DNA of 11,803 bases. It comes from Candidatus Omnitrophota bacterium (GTDB lineage: Bacteria; Omnitrophota; Gorgyraeia; JABMRN01; RBG-13-46-9). The stretch lies in contig JABMQJ010000022.1 of assembly GCA_013203315.1 (NCBI GenBank), positions 1-11,803 on the forward strand, in the 5' to 3' direction. Below are positions 1-7,108 of this stretch, piece by piece (position 1 is the first letter of the stretch; each line of letters starts with the position of its first letter). The notes beneath the pieces are model-generated. The model was given only the letters and a program-made list of their open reading frames with translations. It ran no database searches and was not told the origin of the DNA. The position numbers and the translations under genes were made by a program.

Positions 1-2
1 GT

Positions 3-125
3 TTATTTCCCCTGTTCTATGTGGGGGTAGAATTTTTAAACATAATCCGCATGGACAATGAGAAGTTAGTTGAGACAGTGGATACGCTATTGAAATCTGA
101 GGGAACGAGAAGATGCGGCCGATGA
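3..125 (+). CDS. 3' end (partial) of a probable PilZ-domain protein
   Basis: Frame 3 is open from the window edge to TGA at 123-125 and reads LFPLFYVGVEFLNIIRMDNEKLVETVDTLLKSEGTRRCGR*. 'YVGVEF..I...D.E.L...V' matches the last beta-strand plus terminal helix of PilZ domains. The c-di-GMP-binding RxxxR and DxSxxG motifs would lie upstream of the window. Confidence 0.65.
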   Translation, partial: LFPLFYVGVEFLNIIRMDNEKLVETVDTLLKSEGTRRCGR

Positions 126-246
126 CTGCTATATCCGGCTACCTCCGAAGGATAAGAAGCGACCGAAATTAGGAATAAAAAAGTTAGAAACTAACATTAA
201 ATGAAGCTCTTTTTGTGTGTATACAGTAATGAAAGGTGTAAAAAAT

Positions 247-411
247 ATGAAGATAGTAGTGCGCGAATCCTATATAAAAGACAAACGAATTCTACACTTC
301 ATTGAGAAGTTAAAGAAATTGGAGTTTGAAGCTAGAAGAAGGCAGGAGATTTTTTTTGCAATGAAATTAAAGAACTTAAAAAAGTGTAAAAAAATAGTAG
401 GAGGAAGATAA
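247..411 (+). CDS. Small basic hypothetical protein (54 aa from ATG 247; ORF track gives 217)
   Basis: SD-like AAAGGTG at ~232-238 precedes ATG 247. Lys/Arg-rich and probably helical. Its last codons contain the AGGAGG RBS of the next gene, and its stop lies 1 nt before ATG 413. Confidence 0.5.
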   Translation: MKIVVRESYIKDKRILHFIEKLKKLEFEARRRQEIFFAMKLKNLKKCKKIVGGR

Positions 412-412
412 A

Positions 413-3400
413 ATGAAGACTTTAAAAATTGTATTATCACTGACGATTGTTTTTACTTTATTTTTGGGAAACGCATACGCCCAACCCGAGAAACCTATTC
501 TTATGGGTGCGAGAAGCATTGTGGGCACAAATGTATTAGGCGATGAAGAAGATGGCCTAATAAATCTGTCCTGGACACGCGAGAAGGTCCTGCAGGTATT
601 CAGAGAGCAAAAAAATATTGTGGAAGGTGCAGAGAATCAGGTTATGAGCATAAGAGATATAATAAAGGCCATCAAAGCCGCAAATAAATTGATGAACAAT
701 ACATTCAATCCCGACAGATTAGACATTACCGATATATCCTTAGAAAACGGATTTCTAACAGTGAGATATATTATCGGTTTAACAACAATAGATGTTCATG
801 TTGATATGGATACCTATTATTACAAGCCGTTCTTTGACAAGCGGTCACAGCCATACGCAGACGCCGCCTTAAAGACAAGGGAAGACATCGCAAGAAAAAT
901 GGGCATGGATATAGGAGAGGTGCATATAAATGGAATAGAACGGCCACTGTACACCATGTTTTATGATAACAATACGGAAAAGGACGGTACTATAATATGG
1001 CCGTACCCAAGAGAGATGCGCTACGAACTAACAGCGCGAGTTGATCATTACACATTAACCCTGGATTACTCTACTTCCGGTTATCCCTGGATAGGGTATG
1101 ACCCATATGAGACAGATAACGCAACAGGAGAAGATTATATTATTAGACCTTGGCCACCTTACGGATGGACAACCATTACCTTGAAATCCTTCGTAGATAA
1201 CAGAACCGGAAGAGATCTCGTAAAAGATGCCAAGAACGCGATACTTGAACTTTTCAACCCCGAGAGACACAATATAGGTGTGAGTTACTGGAAAATGGAA
1301 AACGGAGTGCTTAAACTCACCATAAACTTGTTCCAACTGAAACCCTACTATCCGATAGCGATGCGTAACATCATTTCCGTAGAGGTAGATCTCCGGACAG
1401 GTGAAATAAAGATAGACGAAAATATAGTGGACGCAGTAACTAAAACCCGGGAAGAGACAGCAAAAAAGCTAGGCCTGGATATAAACGATGTGCATGTAAA
1501 CGGAATTCAACCCGAGATGCCTATATATATCTTACATGTTTATCCACCACAGCCTATACTTCCAAGATACTACCTGGTATTTGCTTCCACAGACAAGTTT
1601 AACCTTACCTATAAATACGACATCGGAAACGGCACCATTGAACTCACATCCCTCGTAAACCGGGAAACTGGTCAGGACCTACTCAAAAACGCTATCGATC
1701 ACCTAAAAGAGATATTAAACCCTGACAGCTTCAAGCTTGACGGCTGGATGTTAAACGGTGACAGACTGATGGTCTCGTTTCTGCTACCGGACGGCTCAAG
1801 AATAAAGATGGGCGTAGATGTAAACACAGGCGAACCATTTATGTCTGAGTCATTAAAAGACGCCGCCTTAAAGACAAGGGAAGACATCGCAAGAAAGATG
1901 GGCGTAGACATAGGAGAGGTGCATATAAATGGGATAGAACGGCCACTGTACGCCATGTTTTATGATAACAATATAAAAACGGAATATCAAGTAACAGCGC
2001 GGGTCGGTAACTACACTCTAACCCTGGATTATAGTGAATATAGCTACCCGTGGTATTACGAATATAAAGAAGCCGGTTCAAGCCTGATTGACATGCCTTG
2101 GCCGCCTTACAGATGGACAACCATTACCTTAAAGTCCTTCATAGACAACACAACCGGAAGAGACCTTGTAAAAGATGCACAAGATAAGGTACTCGACCTT
2201 TTCAACCCCGAGGGTCATAATTTAGGCGTAAGCTACTGGAAAATGGAAAACGGAGTGCTTAAGCTCAACATAAACTTGTTCCAATACGAGAGCAAATACC
2301 CGTATGTTTATCGTCGCATAGGTAGCATTATTCCGGTAGAAGTAGACCTCCAGACAGGTGAAATAAAGATAGACGAAAATATAGTGGATGCAGTAATTAA
2401 AACCCGGGAAGAGACAGCAAAAAGATTAGGCCTGGATATAGGCGATGTGCATATAAACGGAATTCACCCAGAGATATCTATGTATATCTTAGATGTTTAT
2501 CCACCGCAGCCCACACCTCCAAGATACTACATGGTATTTGCTTCAACAGAGAAGTTTAATCTTACCTATAAATACGACATAGCAAGCGGCACCATTGAAC
2601 TTGCATCCCTCGTAAATCGGGAAACCGGCCAGAACCTACTCAAAAACGCCACCGATTACCTGAAAAAAGTCCTGAATCCCGAAGCATTCAAACTTGCTGA
2701 TTGGAATTTAGGAAGTGATGGCATTTTGAGATTTACATTCAGCCTTGCGAATGGTTCACCGATAACGATATCAGTGAACGCGGATACAGGAGAACCGTTC
2801 ATATCGGAACCCTTAAGGGATGCAATCCTTGAGGCAAGACAACAAACCTCGCAGAATCTCAACATCGACATTCAAGATGTGCATGTAAGCACTATTTTAG
2901 GATACCAGGTATGTGGTATGCCCAACCCGGACCACGGGTACTATATTGGGATAAAAACACCTCAATTTACCCTTGAATTCAGATACAGCGTGTCAAGCGG
3001 CACACTTGAACTAGCATCATTTGTAAACACGGAAACCGGTGAAAACCTGCTTCAGAATGCCATCGATTACCTGAAAGAAACCATAAACCCCGATGAATAT
3101 AAACTTGTTAAGTGGAGTTTTTGGGGAGGCATTAAAAGTGGAGAAAACGGTATGATAATCGGCAACAGTATAATGTTCGGATTCGAGCTCAAAGACGGCT
3201 CGATAGTTACAATATGGGTTGACAAAGATACCGGCCAACCACGCATGTCCGATCAACTTAGAGACGCAGTCTTAAGAACAAGAAATGAGATCGCAAAAAA
3301 GATGGGCGTAGACATAGGAGAGGTGCGTATAAATGGGATAGATCCGTACTACCTATCTATTCGCTATGAAGATATTCAATCTGCAGAAGATGAAGGGGTA

Positions 3401-4753
3401 GAAGAAGGCATATCAATATGGCCGCCATACCCGGGAATACATGTGCGATATAAGCTAACAGCGCGGGTTGAGCATTACACACTTGTTCTTGATTATGATT
3501 CGTATGGTTCTCCGTATACAATTCATGATAACGAGAAGGATGCAGCTTTTGATCTATGGTATCCCAGAAATTGGGCAGCCATTACCTTGAGATCCTTCGT
3601 AGACAATAGAACCGGAAGAGACCTCGTAAAAGAGGCGCAGGATGGTGTGCGTGATCTTTTCAATCCCGAAGGTGGCAATATAGGCGTGAGCTACTGGAGT
3701 CTACAAGACGGAGTGCTTAAGCTTAACATAGAGCTCTGCCACAGTATAACACCGCCATGGATATGTACAATGCGGTTAGAGGGATACGGTGGAATTGTTC
3801 CCGTAGAGGTAAACCTGGAAACAGGCGAAGTAACGATAAATCAGAGTATCGTTGATGCCGTAACAAAAGCCCGCGAAAAAGCATCGGAAAAACTGGGTAT
3901 CGCATACGAAGACGTGCATATAAATGGAATAATGCAACAGTGGGTTTCTGCAGGAGAAAACCTGCCGGCGTATACATTTGGAGGCTACACCCTCTTTGTC
4001 ACTACACCAGGGTTTAGGCTTACCTTTAATTATAACGTCGGAACCGGCAATCTCGAACTTACCAGTCTCGCAAATAAAGAAACGGGCGCACAGCTCGTAA
4101 GAAGCGCAAAAGGTGATATGGTTGAGAGATTCGGTTTTGAATACAATTCGATCCACATCAATGATTTCGCAGTCAATGATTTAAACACTGAGGTAAAGTT
4201 CAGAATCGAAGTTGATGGCCAGAATGCGACGTATATCTATAAGGTTGATGCGCAAACAGGCGACATTATAAGCATCATAATTGGAATAAGAATAGGCGAG
4301 GAAGATGTGTTTATCGACATTGCAGATACGACGTTGAGCGTTGAAGAAATAATCCAAAACATCGAAGCCTTAGTCGAGGGATACGATCCCGCACTTGTGG
4401 AGCAACTTCTGGCGGACCTTGAAGCTGAAAGAGAAGCTGACGATAATCTGCCCGACGACGAAAATGAAGGCATTGAACAGCCGGGTGCCGACGACGATCC
4501 TGATAGTGAAGACAATGATGATACAGCTGGTGACGAAGATTGGGCGGAATTAATAAAGCAGTTGATCGAAGCCCTTAAGGCCCAGCAGGCGGCTGGTGAC
4601 CAGCCTATCGAGGGTAACGGCGGATCCGCGAAACGAGTAGACATTGAACAGAAACTAGCGGAAATGACAACTGATAGCCGCTTTTCAAGGAAGGGGCCAA
4701 CGCGCGCCAATGACGTGATACCGTGGCTTCGCAGAAAAACGCAAATTCGTTAA
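413..4753 (+). CDS. Large secreted repeat protein (1446 aa) with tandem PepSY-like modules and an acidic C-terminal linker
   Basis: Strong RBS AGGAGG. Sec signal peptide MKTLKIVLSLTIVFTLFLGNAYA|Q. Recurring helix plus 3-strand modules end in V(D/N)xxTGE (VDLRTGEI, VDVNTGEP, VDLQTGEI, VNADTGEP, VDKDTGQP, VNLETGEV, VDAQTGDI), the PepSY-type signature. Asp/Glu-rich tract near the C-terminus. Confidence 0.9.
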   Translation: MKTLKIVLSLTIVFTLFLGNAYAQPEKPILMGARSIVGTNVLGDEEDGLINLSWTREKVLQVFREQKNIVEGAENQVMSIRDIIKAIKAANKLMNNTFNPDRLDITDISLENGFLTVRYIIGLTTIDVHVDMDTYYYKPFFDKRSQPYADAALKTREDIARKMGMDIGEVHINGIERPLYTMFYDNNTEKDGTIIWPYPREMRYELTARVDHYTLTLDYSTSGYPWIGYDPYETDNATGEDYIIRPWPPYGWTTITLKSFVDNRTGRDLVKDAKNAILELFNPERHNIGVSYWKMENGVLKLTINLFQLKPYYPIAMRNIISVEVDLRTGEIKIDENIVDAVTKTREETAKKLGLDINDVHVNGIQPEMPIYILHVYPPQPILPRYYLVFASTDKFNLTYKYDIGNGTIELTSLVNRETGQDLLKNAIDHLKEILNPDSFKLDGWMLNGDRLMVSFLLPDGSRIKMGVDVNTGEPFMSESLKDAALKTREDIARKMGVDIGEVHINGIERPLYAMFYDNNIKTEYQVTARVGNYTLTLDYSEYSYPWYYEYKEAGSSLIDMPWPPYRWTTITLKSFIDNTTGRDLVKDAQDKVLDLFNPEGHNLGVSYWKMENGVLKLNINLFQYESKYPYVYRRIGSIIPVEVDLQTGEIKIDENIVDAVIKTREETAKRLGLDIGDVHINGIHPEISMYILDVYPPQPTPPRYYMVFASTEKFNLTYKYDIASGTIELASLVNRETGQNLLKNATDYLKKVLNPEAFKLADWNLGSDGILRFTFSLANGSPITISVNADTGEPFISEPLRDAILEARQQTSQNLNIDIQDVHVSTILGYQVCGMPNPDHGYYIGIKTPQFTLEFRYSVSSGTLELASFVNTETGENLLQNAIDYLKETINPDEYKLVKWSFWGGIKSGENGMIIGNSIMFGFELKDGSIVTIWVDKDTGQPRMSDQLRDAVLRTRNEIAKKMGVDIGEVRINGIDPYYLSIRYEDIQSAEDEGVEEGISIWPPYPGIHVRYKLTARVEHYTLVLDYDSYGSPYTIHDNEKDAAFDLWYPRNWAAITLRSFVDNRTGRDLVKEAQDGVRDLFNPEGGNIGVSYWSLQDGVLKLNIELCHSITPPWICTMRLEGYGGIVPVEVNLETGEVTINQSIVDAVTKAREKASEKLGIAYEDVHINGIMQQWVSAGENLPAYTFGGYTLFVTTPGFRLTFNYNVGTGNLELTSLANKETGAQLVRSAKGDMVERFGFEYNSIHINDFAVNDLNTEVKFRIEVDGQNATYIYKVDAQTGDIISIIIGIRIGEEDVFIDIADTTLSVEEIIQNIEALVEGYDPALVEQLLADLEAEREADDNLPDDENEGIEQPGADDDPDSEDNDDTAGDEDWAELIKQLIEALKAQQAAGDQPIEGNGGSAKRVDIEQKLAEMTTDSRFSRKGPTRANDVIPWLRRKTQIR
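860..4290 (+). repeat. Seven intragenic tandem units, order A1-B1-A2-B2-C-A3-B3
   Basis: Units start with 'DAxxxxRxxxAxxxGxDIxxVHxNGI' at 860, 1430, 1859, 2387, 2819, 3263 and 3854. A1 (860-974) and A2 (1859-1973) differ at only 6 of 115 nt, with a 999-nt period. Confidence 0.92.
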
Positions 4754-4778
4754 GGAGTGATTGTGTTTTGAGTGCAAT

Positions 4779-6683
4779 TTAGCGTGTGATGCTCTCTACA
4801 AGGCTTTTAATGCGGCCCTGGTTGGGCATGACCCGGAGGGACCTCCGGAATGACTCAAGGGCCTTGGCCTTATCCCCGCTTTTCATGTAGAGCTCACCGA
4901 GCATGTTGGATGCCTGGTAAAATTGAGGAAGATATTTCACCGAAGCCTCTAACTCCTCTATGGCTTTTCCCCTCCTATTAGACGCTACATAAACCCGCGC
5001 AAGATTATAATGGGCTATAGGGTCAGCAAAATTTAACTCTATCGCTTTTTTTAGGTAATTTTCCGCTTCTTTTAAGTTTCCCTTCCTGGTGTATAGCGCG
5101 CCTATATTACCGTATGCCTCCGGATTATTCGGTTTAGCAGCGATTGATTTTTCATATTGTTCAAAGGCTTTATCCAATTCCTTTCTTTCATAATAGGTAT
5201 TTCCCAAATTTAGATAAAGCCGCGCATTTTTAGGCGAATATTTGAGTGTATTTTCGAAGAAGCTAATCTCATCCTTCCAGTCTTGATTCCGAGCTATTGT
5301 AAGAAGCGAATATACTAAAAAAAGCGCTATAATGAATAAGATTACAAGTGACTTATAAAATATATTTGCCTTTCCTTTTTTATACAAGGCATAAAGAAAC
5401 GCTGAAATTGCAAAGAAATACCCGACGGAGGCCATGTATAACCAATGTTCCGCAAGAAAACTGTTTATCGGATAAATATTCGACATCGGCAAAAGATTAA
5501 TAAAAAACCAGAATATGAAAAAGGAAACAAGCCTATTCTTTTTATAAAAAGTAAACCCACCTGCCAGGGCCCCAAAAACCACTACCAGAGCTACCAGAGA
5601 ACTCGGTTCCAATAAGTACCTTGTAATGCGAATGGTCCGTTCCATGTGCAGCCCCACAGGGAAGAGGAGTAATCCGAAATACACCAGGACTGTTTTGCAA
5701 AAGGTCAGCATCCTATTCAAGAAAGGTATGGCAGCAAGCATTGTAGGTGGTGCCGCCGTAAAGAAGTTTAAAACGGTAAATCGCATGAATATATATACCA
5801 GGACTACTGCCGCATACGGAATCCAGAGGTTTTTGATTCTGTTATAAGCATTCGATACAATTCTATTTTTGAGTATCACAAAGATGTAGAGAACCAGGAG
5901 AAGCGGCAAAATCATTCCTATCTCTTTTGATAAAAGCGATGGAATAAAAAATCCTACCGATAAATAGAGCAAAATCCCCGTCGGAGCGCCCTTAATGAGG
6001 CGGTTTGTATATTTTATAAAGTATATGAATGACAAAAGAAAGAATATCGAATAAAGGGAGTCCGCCCTGCCGGCTATATACGCTACCGCTTCGGTGTGAA
6101 TAGGGTGTATTCCATAGAATAATCCTGTAAGGAAGGAAACCGGCGCGTTACCGCACAGATAGAAGACAAATATAAACACTAAAACCGCGCAGACAGCATG
6201 CAAGAGAAGGTTCGTAAGATGAAATCCCTTCGGGTCCCGCGCCCACAGAAAATAATCCACCATGTTCGACAGTTCCTGCATGGGCCGGTAGAAGGTGTTT
6301 ACGTTTTCGCTTCCGTACCCCACGTATGTCCTGAAAACGTTCAAAATATGTGAAAAACTCTTAATTTGTGAATTATTTAAAATCAGATATTCATCATCCC
6401 ATATAAAATCGTTATTAAGGGTATTAAAATAGACAAGGGAAGTGAATAAAAAGACGAGAACCGCCATCACTACGATCTTTTTTCTATTTTTTGAAGATAT
6501 CGAATAGGTCTTATAACTCGGCGTCGGGCTTTCTTTCGCTATTTGTGTTCCCGATTGCAATCGAAGCTTTTTTAATTCTTTTTCCAATTTTCTCGACGGG
6601 ATCCCAAGCTCTTTTGCCATTTCTTCAAGAGAAAGCTTATCAAGATTTTCCTTAATAAACGTGCGTTTTCTCTTATTTAGCAA
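4779..6683 (-). CDS. TMTC-like GT-C protein O-glycosyltransferase (putative O-mannosyltransferase) with ~4 C-terminal TPRs and an N-terminal HTH-like extension
   Basis: Motifs FIWDD (first-loop acidic pair), FYRP, HLTNLLLH, HPIHTEAVAYIAGR, LLSKE, AEHWLY and RNQDWKDE. Multiple hydrophobic TM segments, then TPRs (ARLYLNLGNTY, EAYGNIGALY, IAHYNLARVY, QASNMLGELY). TTG start with an AGAAGGGA SD. Confidence 0.88.
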   Translation of the reverse strand: MLNKRKRTFIKENLDKLSLEEMAKELGIPSRKLEKELKKLRLQSGTQIAKESPTPSYKTYSISSKNRKKIVVMAVLVFLFTSLVYFNTLNNDFIWDDEYLILNNSQIKSFSHILNVFRTYVGYGSENVNTFYRPMQELSNMVDYFLWARDPKGFHLTNLLLHAVCAVLVFIFVFYLCGNAPVSFLTGLFYGIHPIHTEAVAYIAGRADSLYSIFFLLSFIYFIKYTNRLIKGAPTGILLYLSVGFFIPSLLSKEIGMILPLLLVLYIFVILKNRIVSNAYNRIKNLWIPYAAVVLVYIFMRFTVLNFFTAAPPTMLAAIPFLNRMLTFCKTVLVYFGLLLFPVGLHMERTIRITRYLLEPSSLVALVVVFGALAGGFTFYKKNRLVSFFIFWFFINLLPMSNIYPINSFLAEHWLYMASVGYFFAISAFLYALYKKGKANIFYKSLVILFIIALFLVYSLLTIARNQDWKDEISFFENTLKYSPKNARLYLNLGNTYYERKELDKAFEQYEKSIAAKPNNPEAYGNIGALYTRKGNLKEAENYLKKAIELNFADPIAHYNLARVYVASNRRGKAIEELEASVKYLPQFYQASNMLGELYMKSGDKAKALESFRRSLRVMPNQGRIKSLVESITR

Positions 6684-7101
6684 GATGTCCCTTCTCTTTC
6701 AAAAAGTAGTCCTTAAAGACTTTTTGATTCAGTAAAAAAACGATAATAGTATGATATGCAATTGAAGATGCATTTTTTACAGGATTTGAAACCACGACTA
6801 ATAATTCTCCAGAGAATTGTAATATGCCCATGAAAACAAGTATTTTTGTCAAGATTACCCATCCGGAGAAAAATATAAGTAGTCTTCTGGGCCAGTTTTT
6901 CTTAAAGAAAAGCCCGACCCCGAGGGACGTGGAAATTACGGCGGAAATAAAAACAAACATGAAGATATTGACGGGTTTCTTCGGTAATGCAAAAACGATG
7001 GATGCGATAAGCCCGGACATCGTGGCAGTGCCGATCGCAACTTCAATAAATGCAACTAAATTGATGATATTCCGAACTTTATTTTTTTTCAAATAGGCCA
7101 T
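6673..7101 (-). CDS. Small integral membrane protein (142 aa, ~4 TM), unknown function
   Basis: Start reassigned to ATG 7101: SD GAGGTG lies just upstream and overlaps the TGA of the preceding gene. About four hydrophobic segments. The 3' end overlaps the next gene by 11 nt. Confidence 0.8.
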   Translation of the reverse strand: MAYLKKNKVRNIINLVAFIEVAIGTATMSGLIASIVFALPKKPVNIFMFVFISAVISTSLGVGLFFKKNWPRRLLIFFSGWVILTKILVFMGILQFSGELLVVVSNPVKNASSIAYHTIIVFLLNQKVFKDYFLKEKGHLAK

Positions 7102-7108
7102 ATGCACC

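Noticed and set aside
45-175. Possible riboswitch (fragments such as GAGGGA...GCCGATGAC...GAAGGATAAG recall SAM-I or fluoride motifs)
   Set aside because: The required pairing partners (SAM-I P1 5' strand, fluoride pseudoknot) are absent, and most of the stretch is better explained as the PilZ-like coding end.
183-225. Short inverted repeats GTTAG-AAA-CTAAC (183-195) and TGTATACA (218-225); possible ECF promoter
   Set aside because: The arms are only 4-5 bp in AT-rich DNA, and the spacing does not fit an ECF consensus I can support.
860-2700. Diversity-generating retroelement TR/VR pair or CRISPR array as the cause of the near-identical repeats
   Set aside because: No reverse transcriptase or cas gene in the window. 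Differences are not adenine-restricted and include indels. The repeats are long, in frame and coding.
1055-4710. Minus-strand ORFs 1055-1336, 1699-1956, 1839-2120, 2656-2871, 3017-3256, 3723-3977, 3776-4156 and 4237-4710
   Set aside because: Antisense shadows of the 1446-aa gene, with no recognisable motifs.
5626-7096. Plus-strand ORFs 5626-5847 and 6824-7096
   Set aside because: Antisense shadows of the membrane-protein operon.
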